Below are positions 35,710 to 44,236 of a stretch of 64,000 nt of DNA, piece by piece. The notes under the pieces were generated by a model. It was not told the DNA's origin. It saw only the letters and a list, made by a program, of their open reading frames with translations, and did no database searches. The position numbers and the translations under genes are program-made. This DNA comes from an uncultured Lachnospiraceae bacterium (GTDB taxonomy: Bacteria > Bacillota > Clostridia > Lachnospirales > Lachnospiraceae), in contig CAMOER010000008.1 in NCBI GenBank assembly GCA_946612455.1, positions 24,934 to 88,933 on the forward strand. Reading direction: 5' to 3'. Position 1 is the stretch's first letter. The number at the start of each line of letters is the position of its first letter.

Positions 35710-36501
35710 TTACAGTCTTTCCTTCTTCTCGATGTCAAGAAAATACTTGTAGGTGTCAACGGTCAGTTCGCCGCAGGCTTCCTCGTCGCAGGCGATGATC
35801 GCGCCGTTGTGCATCTGGAGTGCGGAGCAGGTCCATTTCTGGCTGACGCCGCCTTCTACGGTAGCGGCAAGTGCTCTGGCTTTGTTGTGTCCGGAAATCA
35901 GGACAAGGACTTCCTTCGAATCGGTAACGGTTCCGATACCGACGGAAAGCGCCTGTGCAGGGACCTTTTCCGGATCATTTCCAAAGAAACGGCTGTTCAC
36001 GATCCTGGTGTCGGTCGTCAGATCCCTGACGCCGGTACGGGAAGTAAGGGAAGTGTAGGGCTCGTTGAAAGCAAGATGGCCGTCTACACCGATGCCGCCC
36101 ATGAACAGATCGATGCCGCCGTAGGAAGCGATCTTGGCTTCGTAAGCAGCGCACTCCGCTTCGGGATCCTCGGTCATGCCGTTCAGAATATTGATATTCT
36201 CGGGCTTCATGTCAACAAGATGATCGAAAAGATTGTCATGCATGAAATACCAGTAGCTCTGGTCATGCTCGTGCGGCAGTCCGAGATATTCGTCCATGTT
36301 GAAAGTGACGACATTCGCAAAGGAAAGCTCGCCGGCCTGGTTCATGCGGACAAGCTCTTTATAAACGCCGATCGGGCTGGAGCCGGTCGGAAGACCGAGG
36401 ACAAAGGGACGGTCCTCTTTATGAGCCTTGATCTTTGCAGCGATATAATCGGCTGCCCATTTGCACATCTTATCGTAATTATCCTGAATAACAACTCTCA
36501 T
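35710..36501 (-). CDS. nagB: glucosamine-6-phosphate deaminase NagB (E. coli-type, about 263 aa)
   Basis: Collinear with E. coli NagB as I recall it: RPFVLGLPTGSSP, VVTFNMDEYLGLP, LFMGGIGVDGHLAFNEP, DTRIVNSRFF. Confidence 0.92.
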   Translation of the reverse strand: MRVVIQDNYDKMCKWAADYIAAKIKAHKEDRPFVLGLPTGSSPIGVYKELVRMNQAGELSFANVVTFNMDEYLGLPHEHDQSYWYFMHDNLFDHLVDMKPENINILNGMTEDPEAECAAYEAKIASYGGIDLFMGGIGVDGHLAFNEPYTSLTSRTGVRDLTTDTRIVNSRFFGNDPEKVPAQALSVGIGTVTDSKEVLVLISGHNKARALAATVEGGVSQKWTCSALQMHNGAIIACDEEACGELTVDTYKYFLDIEKKERL

Positions 36502-36527
36502 TGTATGATCTCCTTTGTTTTAAGATA

Positions 36528-36683
36528 AGACGTCGGAAGAGCCTCTGTTACAGTGTTGATTCTGCTTTTTGCTCTCTTCCTGTCGGCCCGTCCGCTGCAG
36601 AATTTTGCAGTTCTGACCGTGGCAGCATCCGCCGAATCTTTCGATGACTGCCATACCTCGTCAACCTTGCGGTCCCGGCGCTA
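36528..36683 (-). ncRNA. glmS ribozyme: glmS ribozyme (GlcN6P-activated self-cleaving riboswitch)
   Basis: The minus strand reads A/GCGCCGGGACCGCAAGGUUGACGAGGUAUGGCAGUCAUCGAAAGAUUCGGCGGAUGCUGCCACGG...GGCUCUUCC. It matches the conserved blocks of the B. subtilis ribozyme as I recall them (AGCGCC, GUUGACGAGG, AUCGAA, UUCGGCGGAUGC, 3' UCUUCC). The predicted cleavage site is 5' of the G at 36681. Confidence 0.88.
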
Positions 36684-36764
36684 ACCTGTTTCCTGTTTAC
36701 CTCCGTGAAGAAACGGGTTTTACATATATAGAGTCCGTATGTAATAACACAGACCTAGCTAATA

Positions 36765-36793
36765 ATTTTATACTGCAGAATGATGATTGTCAA
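36765..36793 (-). promoter_or_regulatory. candidate sigma-A promoter for the ribozyme-nagB operon
   Basis: The minus strand has TTGACA, 17 nt, TAAAAT, located in the last codons of rng. Confidence 0.5.
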
Positions 36794-37943
36794 GAATTGT
36801 TAACTGTGCATCAAGCGGATTCCTTTTCTTCTGCCTGGTGATCTCCGCAAGACCGAGCTTTGTGATATCGATGAGTACAGCTTTGGCCGGATCATCCCGG
36901 AGAGCTTCCTGAAAGGCCGATTCCACGTCCTTCCAGTGAACGCGGTCCTTCATGTTGATCAGATCGGCGAGAATGATGCCTGATAAATTCCGGAGACGGA
37001 TCTGATAGCCGATCTCCGCGGCAGCCTCCAGATTCGTGCGCAGGAAGGTCTCCTCTTTGTCTTTCCCGCTGATGGCGCTGCCGGTATTGACATCGATCAC
37101 TGTCATCGCTTCCGTCCGGTCGATGATCAGATATCCGCCGGATTTCAGCCAGACCTTCCGGCTGCGGGCCAGATCAAGATAATGAGAAAGTCGGAAAAGC
37201 TTTGCCAACGGCCAGGCATCGTCATACGATCTTGTCGAGAACCGGATTCCCGCAAGGACCGGATCCTTCTGCAGTGCGTCGAGAATGGCCGCATCGTCGG
37301 AAATGACTTCGGTCTCTTCTTCCTCCTGCAGACCGAGAAGACGTTCTCTCAGGAAATCGGGAGCCGGGGAAAGAAGGTTCCCGGGGGTACGGAAGGCGGC
37401 ATCTGCAAGGATTCTGTCCGCTCTTCCAATCAGGACTTTCGCTTCCCGGAGGATCACTTCCGGATCTGCAGCAAATGCATTTGTCCGGATGATGAAGCCG
37501 TACGACGGATTCTCGCATACCTGCGCCAGCATCTCCCGGATGCGGGCGGCAAGTTTTCTGTCCTGTACCTTCTTTGAAACGCAGAAGCGTTCGCCCTTCG
37601 GCGCATAAAGAAAAACAAGATATCTTCCGGCCAGGGAGAATCTGGCGGTCAGCATCTCCTCTTTCGAGCCGGCGGCTTCCCGCTTGACCTGGACAGGGAT
37701 CAGCATCCTGCCTTTCGGCGGGACCGGGCATTCCGAAAGCGGAAGAAAGCCGGTCTTCCCGTTTCCGAGGTCACAGAAAGCGGCGCGGATATTTTCGGAA
37801 ATGTCTTTCACGCTGCAGACAACGATATCGCCGGTCTTCAGGGAAGCACCGGCAGGAGCCGCATCCAGCGCAATGATCCTGTCCTGCTCTGATTCTGCTG
37901 TGAGGATCATGTTTTGATATTTGGTGACAATGAATTTTTTCAT
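36768..37943 (-). CDS. rng: ribonuclease E/G family protein (Rng-like)
   Basis: S1-like N-terminus, then RNase E/G catalytic-core motifs (GGYLIIDRTEAMTVIDVNTG, SGIILADLINM). ATG at 37943 overlaps the upstream stop (ATGA). Confidence 0.8.
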   Translation of the reverse strand: MKKFIVTKYQNMILTAESEQDRIIALDAAPAGASLKTGDIVVCSVKDISENIRAAFCDLGNGKTGFLPLSECPVPPKGRMLIPVQVKREAAGSKEEMLTARFSLAGRYLVFLYAPKGERFCVSKKVQDRKLAARIREMLAQVCENPSYGFIIRTNAFAADPEVILREAKVLIGRADRILADAAFRTPGNLLSPAPDFLRERLLGLQEEEETEVISDDAAILDALQKDPVLAGIRFSTRSYDDAWPLAKLFRLSHYLDLARSRKVWLKSGGYLIIDRTEAMTVIDVNTGSAISGKDKEETFLRTNLEAAAEIGYQIRLRNLSGIILADLINMKDRVHWKDVESAFQEALRDDPAKAVLIDITKLGLAEITRQKKRNPLDAQLTILDNHHSAV

Positions 37944-38674
37944 GGAAGTGCCCTTCCCGTTTCGGAAAGCGATACGCCTTCTGCTGTCAGCATGTCGAGG
38001 CGCGTAATCGAAAACCGCAGATCCCGCAGGATCTCTTCGTTTACCAGCGGTTCCGTCCCCGGGATCGCGGCGAAACGGAACAGATCCTCCATCACGACCT
38101 CCGGCTTCAGATTGACCTGGGAGCCCGCGTTCAGGCACAGGATGAATGCGCCGTCATCGTATGCAAAGTGATAGATATAGGGAAGGATATCCGTTCTGGA
38201 TTCGCTCCGCTTGGTCTTCTTGACAAGGATCCTCTCCGGCTGTGATCGGTAGTCGGCGATGATTGCGGCCGGATCCGTTCCCTCGGGCAGCGCATCGTAA
38301 GGCGGCCGGAGCCGGACTTCATAAACTGCCCGCCCGAAGATTGCCATGGCATTGTTGTTCTTTTTCTTCTCCTCATCGGGCAGCTGACGGATGGACAGAC
38401 ACCGGATCTCCGCCGGCAGCGTCTTGTTCAGCCGTGTGAGGACCTCCTGCCCGGTCATCGGATCTGTCAGTTCCGTATCCATATATTCTCCGAGCGATGT
38501 TTCGCCGACGCTTAAGGGCGAGGCGAAGGACATCATCGGATGCGGATGGAAGCCTTCGGAGAAACGGACCGGCAGATCCGCTCTGGCGATCGCTTTCTGA
38601 AATGTCCGCATCAGATCCAGATGGCCGATATATCTTAAATTTCCGGTTTTGGAAAAACGTATCCTGATCTTCAT
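37940..38674 (-). CDS. radical SAM-associated DUF2344 (TIGR03936-like) protein
   Basis: MKIRIRFSKTGNLRYIGHLDLMRTFQKAIARA is typical of DUF2344. Translationally coupled (ATGA) to the radical SAM gene upstream and rng downstream. Confidence 0.75.
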   Translation of the reverse strand: MKIRIRFSKTGNLRYIGHLDLMRTFQKAIARADLPVRFSEGFHPHPMMSFASPLSVGETSLGEYMDTELTDPMTGQEVLTRLNKTLPAEIRCLSIRQLPDEEKKKNNNAMAIFGRAVYEVRLRPPYDALPEGTDPAAIIADYRSQPERILVKKTKRSESRTDILPYIYHFAYDDGAFILCLNAGSQVNLKPEVVMEDLFRFAAIPGTEPLVNEEILRDLRFSITRLDMLTAEGVSLSETGRALP

Positions 38675-40551
38675 TTTCTTTCCTTTACGCAGATCCCGCA
38701 GCCGAATACCGCTGCACCGCAGCCGGAACATGCATCCCTGCAGTTCGGCGTCAGTTCCCCATTCTGAGAGCGCTTCCATTCTCTTAAGAGAAATGCCTTT
38801 GTCACGCCGATGTCGATGAAATCCCAGGGGAAAAGCTCGTCATCAGCGCGGCTCCTTACGGTATAGAAATCCGGGTCGATGCCGCAGGAGGCAAATGCCT
38901 GCAGCCACTTGTCGAACTCGAAAAAATCTCCCCATGCATCAAACAGACAGCCGGAGCGGTAGGCTGTCTCAATGACATCCGCCAGCTTCCGGTCGCCACG
39001 TGCGAGAACGCCTTCCAGCACGGTAACATCCGCTTCGTGATATTCGTAATGCATCGAACGGTTGTTGAGCTGGGCGCGGAACGTATCCTTGACAAGATGC
39101 GCCCGTCTTAAATATTCATCCTTCTGCTCCATGACGGCCCACTGGAACGGTGTAAAGGGCTTTGGAACGAAGAAGGAGGAACTGGCTGTCAGCTGGATCT
39201 TTCCTTTTCGGTTCTCCTTCGGTACCGTATCAAAGAAGCATTCGCAGATGCGCTCGGAAAGCTCTGCGATCCCCTTCATATCCTCTTCCGTTTCGGTCGG
39301 CAGGCCGAGCATGAAATACAGCTTGACTTTCGTCCAGCCGCCCTTGAACGCCTCGGCCGCACCGGTCAGGATATCCTCTTCCGTCAGACCTTTGTTGATC
39401 ACATTCCGCATTCTCTGCGTGCCGGCCTCCGGCGCAAAGGTGATGCTGCTCTTCCGGACATCCTGCACACGGCTCATGACGTCAAGCGAAAAGGAATCGA
39501 TCCGGAGCGAAGGCAGCGAAATATTGACATGCTTTTCATTGCAGGAGTCGATCAGGGATTCGATCAGCGGCCGGATCTGTGAATGATCGCTGGAACTCAG
39601 CGAACTGAGCGACAGTTCGTCCTGGCCTGTTGCAGCGAGCATTTTCCCAGCAAGTGCTGTCAGACGGTCAAGGCTTCGTTCACGAACCGGGCGGTAGATC
39701 ATGCCGGCCTGACAGAAACGGCAGCCGCGGATGCACCCGCGCTGGATCTCCATGACGACGCGGTCCTGCGTGACGCGGATGTACGGGACAATCGGTTCTT
39801 CCGGATAATACGCCGTATCCATCTCCCGGACGATCTCCTTGCGGACTTTCGACGGAACATCGGGACAGACCGGATCGAAGGAAGCAAGCGTCCCGTCTGC
39901 ATTGTATGCCGGTTCATAGAGGGAGGGCACGTAGATCCCCGGAATCTGGGCCGCTGCCTTCAGGAAATCCGCTCTGGATCCGCCGCGCTTCCTGTTTTCT
40001 TTATAGGCATCGATCAGCGGGAACATCTGCGTCTCGCCTTCGCCGATATAGAACAGATCAAAGAAATCCGCCAGCGGTTCCGGATTGTAGGTGCAGGGAC
40101 CGCCGCCGATCACGATCGGATCCTCTTCCGCTCTGGCTGAAGCTCTTAGCGGGATGCCGGACAGATCCAGGATCTGCAGGATGTTCGTATAGCACATTTC
40201 GTACTGGATCGTGATGCCGAGGAAATCGAAATCTTTTACCGGATCCTGGGATTCCAGCGCAAAAAGAGGGATCCTGCGGCTTCGCATCAGCGGGTCCAGG
40301 TCGGTCCACGGGGAATATACTCTCTCGCACCAGATGTCTTCCCGCATATTGAGCATATGGTAGAGGATCTGGATGCCGAGATGGCTCATGCCGATCTCAT
40401 AGACATCCGGAAAGCACATGGCGAACCGGACGTCGATTTTCCCGTTTTTCTGTTCATCTGTTTTGTCGATGCTGTTGATCTCGCCGCCGATATATCTCGC
40501 CGGCTTGTCGATCGTAAGCAGTATTTCATCAGGTAATGCTGGTCTTCTCAT
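38671..40551 (-). CDS. B12-binding-domain radical SAM protein (TIGR03960-like)
   Basis: Radical-SAM CxxxCxxC variant (RGCIRGCRFCQAG) and about 626 aa. The family that pairs with DUF2344 and RNase G in Clostridia. Confidence 0.8.
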   Translation of the reverse strand: MRRPALPDEILLTIDKPARYIGGEINSIDKTDEQKNGKIDVRFAMCFPDVYEIGMSHLGIQILYHMLNMREDIWCERVYSPWTDLDPLMRSRRIPLFALESQDPVKDFDFLGITIQYEMCYTNILQILDLSGIPLRASARAEEDPIVIGGGPCTYNPEPLADFFDLFYIGEGETQMFPLIDAYKENRKRGGSRADFLKAAAQIPGIYVPSLYEPAYNADGTLASFDPVCPDVPSKVRKEIVREMDTAYYPEEPIVPYIRVTQDRVVMEIQRGCIRGCRFCQAGMIYRPVRERSLDRLTALAGKMLAATGQDELSLSSLSSSDHSQIRPLIESLIDSCNEKHVNISLPSLRIDSFSLDVMSRVQDVRKSSITFAPEAGTQRMRNVINKGLTEEDILTGAAEAFKGGWTKVKLYFMLGLPTETEEDMKGIAELSERICECFFDTVPKENRKGKIQLTASSSFFVPKPFTPFQWAVMEQKDEYLRRAHLVKDTFRAQLNNRSMHYEYHEADVTVLEGVLARGDRKLADVIETAYRSGCLFDAWGDFFEFDKWLQAFASCGIDPDFYTVRSRADDELFPWDFIDIGVTKAFLLREWKRSQNGELTPNCRDACSGCGAAVFGCGICVKERK

Positions 40552-40700
40552 TTTACGCTCCGTGAATTCTGCTGAGAGTCTGAAAAAGTATAGCATTTCT
40601 GTGGTAGACAGTCAAACCCGTGAACCTGTACAGAAGAAGCCGTTTTTTTGATTGTATTTTTGTTCGGCGGTGAGTATGATAGGCAGGTGAGGTATTTGTC

Positions 40701-41546
40701 ATGGAAAATGTCGAAGCAACGGAAGTGAAAAACAACACGGAACCGGCGGCGGAAAAGAATGTGATCCCGGACCATGTCGGTGTGATGCAGGTCGCTTCCC
40801 TCATGGGGGAAATCCTGCTGAGCAACGGCGCCGAGATCTACCGTGTCATGGATACACTGCATCGCGTGATCAAAGCATGCGGATTCGAAAACCACAGCGT
40901 GTATGTTCTCTCCAACGGCGTCTTTATCACGATCAATGAAGGAGAACCGGATGCCTGCACCTCGATCAAGCATGTGCCGATCGGGAGTGTCAATCTCGAG
41001 AAGCTGGCCAGGGTGAACCAGATCTCCCGGAATCTGTGCAACGGATATATTACGAGGGAAATGGCTTATGCCGGATTGAAGGAGATTCAGAGGAAGGTCA
41101 ATTATACGGATATGGGCCAGGCACTGGCCTACGCATTCGGCAGCGCCGGTTTTGAAGTGATCCTGGGCGGCACGCTGTTTGACAGCATTCCGGCCTTCTT
41201 TATCGGTCTCGGGCTGTATTTTGTGCTGAAGTTCCTGTCCAATTACGGACATGTATCCAGATTCCCGGCCAATATCGGCGGCGCGCTGTATGTGACCATC
41301 TTTGCGGCGGCTTTTGCGGCGAGCGAACTGAATCTGTCGTTCAACAACATCGTGATCGGCGGAATTATGCCGCTCGTGCCGGGATACGCGATTACGACTT
41401 CCATCCGGGATCTGTTCAACGGCGATTATCTTTCCGGCATTATCCATATGCTGGATGCGTTCCTGACTGCCGTCTGCATAGCGATCGGTGTCGGTGTCGG
41501 CATTATGCTCATCAACTATATCGGAGGAGGTGCGGTGCTGGTATGA
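40701..41546 (+). CDS. threonine/serine exporter family protein (ThrE, DUF1212 part)
   Basis: The N-terminal soluble part (LLSNGAEIYRVMDTL) followed by 5 TM segments is typical of ThrE. Confidence 0.75.
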   Translation: MENVEATEVKNNTEPAAEKNVIPDHVGVMQVASLMGEILLSNGAEIYRVMDTLHRVIKACGFENHSVYVLSNGVFITINEGEPDACTSIKHVPIGSVNLEKLARVNQISRNLCNGYITREMAYAGLKEIQRKVNYTDMGQALAYAFGSAGFEVILGGTLFDSIPAFFIGLGLYFVLKFLSNYGHVSRFPANIGGALYVTIFAAAFAASELNLSFNNIVIGGIMPLVPGYAITTSIRDLFNGDYLSGIIHMLDAFLTAVCIAIGVGVGIMLINYIGGGAVLV

Positions 41547-42016
41547 TCACGCAGATCGTCGTAGAATATACAATTCATGTCATATCTGCCATGATGGGCG
41601 TGATCGCATTCTCCGCCATCTTTCACGCACCGAGATCCGAATATCTCGCCTGCGGCATCACGGGGACGATCGGCTGGCTGGCGTACTGCATCGCTGTGGA
41701 TCTGGGCGTCAGTCTGATCCCGGCCAATTTCATCGCCACGGTGATCCTGACGCTGTTCGCACGTATCATCGTGATCATCCGCAGGAATCCGATCACGGTC
41801 TATCTCGTACCGGGAATCTTCCCGCTGGTGCCGGGAGCAGGCATCTATTATACAGCGTATTATCTGTTCCAGGGTTATCCGCAGATGGCTTTTACAAAGG
41901 GGATCGAGACGATCGAAGTGGCGGGAGCCATCACGATGGGGATCATCCTCGGCTCCTTTATCGCTTATGAATACTTCCGGCAGAAGAGAGAATTCCGGAG
42001 ACTGATGAAAGATTAA
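41543..42016 (+). CDS. threonine/serine exporter family protein (ThrE_2, DUF3815 part)
   Basis: 157-aa polytopic membrane protein with a LVPGAGIY motif. Its start overlaps the previous gene. Confidence 0.75.
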   Translation: MITQIVVEYTIHVISAMMGVIAFSAIFHAPRSEYLACGITGTIGWLAYCIAVDLGVSLIPANFIATVILTLFARIIVIIRRNPITVYLVPGIFPLVPGAGIYYTAYYLFQGYPQMAFTKGIETIEVAGAITMGIILGSFIAYEYFRQKREFRRLMKD

Positions 42017-42025
42017 GAAACCACA

Positions 42026-42083
42026 GGGACAGGAAAAGCGGGTTACGAAACAACGAATTGTTCGTAACCCGCTTTATCTGTCC
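42026..42083. terminator. bidirectional terminator hairpin
   Basis: AAAGCGGGTTACGAA / TTCGTAACCCGCTTT 15-bp stem, extended by GGACAG / CTGTCC. Confidence 0.75.
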
Positions 42084-42094
42084 TCACGGTTTTT

Positions 42095-43786
42095 TTATCC
42101 GGCAAACATCATGCCGTCAAAGAGTTCATCGATTTCTATGCCGTTTACCGTATGCGGCCATCCTTCGCCTTCCTGTGTGATCCGGACGACCGTACCGTCA
42201 TCCGTCTTCATATCGACTGTATTTTCCGAATCCGTTCGGATGAACGTCAGATGCGTACCTGCGGCAAGACTTACGGGAGCGCCGGCTTCGAGTGTTTTCT
42301 CATCAACAGCCGGTAATTCCGTATCCTGTTTCAGCGTGATATTGTAAGCGTCCGGATTGAAGAGGATGATGTCATCCCAGTCGGACAGCGGTTCAGCGGT
42401 TCCATCGGCCTTGAAACTGAAATATCTTCCTGCGGTATACGTGCTCAGGATATCGACGCCGTGGGAAAGGTATACACGCTTCGGATCGGTCGGCTGGCCT
42501 TTCCCGAAATAACGGGCGATTACAGGGAGCTCCGTGGGTGCGCCGGGATCTGTCAGATCGTACAGATGCAGTTCACTGTAATCATCCATCATGGCGGCTT
42601 CCATTACAAATATTGTTTTTCCGTCGACCTGCATGATATAGGCAGAAGGCTCGAATGTCTGGATCGTGAACGGCACATCCGTTTCGGAGGAGGCGGCCAG
42701 CATATCCTTGTCCCCTTCCGCCAGATTCAGATGCCATTCGCTTGAGGTGACCAGATGCAGATCGCGGTCCACATAATCCTCTCCTTCGCCAAGATACCAG
42801 GAAAAATAAGCATCGCCGGATGGCAGAAGGACCTGCTCGGTCTCATTGACCGGAATAAAATAGTTTTCAGGGGTCTCCATAAATTCCGCTCTGACGAGAT
42901 CCGGATATTCCGAAAACGGCAGCTTGATCACGACAGGACCTGCAGCATAGGCTGCGAGTTCATAGGGGGAGAACCAGAAGGTGATGCCGTCATATCCCAG
43001 CGTGTACTTCAGATCATAGTCTTCCTGCGCCGGATCCATCTCATCCTTTACGACATCTTCCACACTGTCCACGATCAGCTGTTCTTTATCGATCACCTTT
43101 TCCACTTCCGCCGCCAGCAGAGCAGGCAGGGCATCGGGATCATTGACGACCGACTGGATTTCCACCTTTTCTCCGGTTTCCGGGGAGAAGCTTGCGGTCT
43201 CATACCACATATTCGGATGGGCGCCGCCCATATAGCTTCCTCTCTGGCAGAGCATGCTGACAAGCGCACTGTCCGCACGCTGGATCGTCAGCTTTGCTTC
43301 TGAAAACAGCGCCTCTTCGGTTTCATACTCCTTGAGTCCGGAGACGATATCCTCCCCATCCTGCTTCATGGTATCCGTCAGCGATTTCGCGTAGGTCTCC
43401 AGCGCACTGTTCAGTGCAGGATAGGTACCGGCGGCCTCCGCATCCAGGAAAGGCACTTCATAGTTGATCCAGTCCCAGCGCTCGTCACCGGTCTCCAGCG
43501 TTTCGTAGGATCCGGTGGTCTCAATATTGAGCGGACGGATCGACTCTGCGGCAACGACTTCATCCGCAGCTGTTTCTGTCTCGGCCGCTTCCGTATCCGG
43601 AACGGCAGTCTCTTCCGTTTCCGCAGCGGCTTCCGTATCCGGCACAGCCGTTTCCTCTGCTTCCGTTTCCAGGGCAACGACTTCCTCTTCCTCCGGCGAG
43701 CTGGTCTTGACCGAAGCTGCGGATCCGCAGGCCGCGAGGGATAACATCAGTGACAGTGCAAGGATCAGGGACAGTGTTTTTTTCAT
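42095..43786 (-). CDS. lipoprotein with DUF4163/DUF3298 (RsiV-like) domains
   Basis: Lipobox LSLAAC after MKKTLSLILALSLM. Acidic Glu/Thr/Ala-rich linker with a duplicated EETAVPDTEAA unit. YMGGAHP motif typical of DUF3298. Confidence 0.65.
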   Translation of the reverse strand: MKKTLSLILALSLMLSLAACGSAASVKTSSPEEEEVVALETEAEETAVPDTEAAAETEETAVPDTEAAETETAADEVVAAESIRPLNIETTGSYETLETGDERWDWINYEVPFLDAEAAGTYPALNSALETYAKSLTDTMKQDGEDIVSGLKEYETEEALFSEAKLTIQRADSALVSMLCQRGSYMGGAHPNMWYETASFSPETGEKVEIQSVVNDPDALPALLAAEVEKVIDKEQLIVDSVEDVVKDEMDPAQEDYDLKYTLGYDGITFWFSPYELAAYAAGPVVIKLPFSEYPDLVRAEFMETPENYFIPVNETEQVLLPSGDAYFSWYLGEGEDYVDRDLHLVTSSEWHLNLAEGDKDMLAASSETDVPFTIQTFEPSAYIMQVDGKTIFVMEAAMMDDYSELHLYDLTDPGAPTELPVIARYFGKGQPTDPKRVYLSHGVDILSTYTAGRYFSFKADGTAEPLSDWDDIILFNPDAYNITLKQDTELPAVDEKTLEAGAPVSLAAGTHLTFIRTDSENTVDMKTDDGTVVRITQEGEGWPHTVNGIEIDELFDGMMFAG

Positions 43787-43789
43787 AAA

Positions 43790-44236
43790 CTATACCTCCT
43801 GTTCATCATTGGCATCCGTTCTCCTTACGGAAACGATCCGTTCGAACGGTATTTGCAAATCGGTATCATCTTCATCGAGCAGGACCAGGACCCTCCGGAA
43901 ACGGTCTGTCTTCCTAAGCCGTCCGACCGTCGTTCTGTAGGAGCCGCCGTCCTTTCGGTCATCCTCCCGGAACCAGACCAGCTCGATCTGCGCTTCGGGA
44001 TCCTCCTGCAGAATGCCCGCGAATGCGGCATCCAGCTTCTCCAGGACATTTTCATCCGGCTGTTTCCACTCTTCGGTGTACCGGCCTGTCTCTGTAATGA
44101 CGGCGCCGAAACCGGTCAGTGCGGCAAACGGCGCGAACTGCGCGGCACGGTCGTACAGGGGCATCGGCGGGTGTCCGGGAATCGCTCCGGGATACCGGTC
44201 GATGATGTCTTCATAGGGAAAAATCTCATTCTTCAT
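43790..44236 (-). CDS. YolD-like family protein
   Basis: 148 aa. PMPLYDRAAQFAPFAALTGF motif. Directly downstream of, and overlapping, a Y-family polymerase, as in B. subtilis uvrX-yolD. Confidence 0.75.
   Translation of the reverse strand: MKNEIFPYEDIIDRYPGAIPGHPPMPLYDRAAQFAPFAALTGFGAVITETGRYTEEWKQPDENVLEKLDAAFAGILQEDPEAQIELVWFREDDRKDGGSYRTTVGRLRKTDRFRRVLVLLDEDDTDLQIPFERIVSVRRTDANDEQEV

Noticed and set aside
42045-42066. Cheo-box-like CGAAACAACGAATTGTTCG inside the thrE/lipoprotein intergenic hairpin
   Set aside because: The spacing does not fit CGAAC-N4-GTTCG, and the sequence is simply the loop-proximal part of a 15-bp terminator stem.
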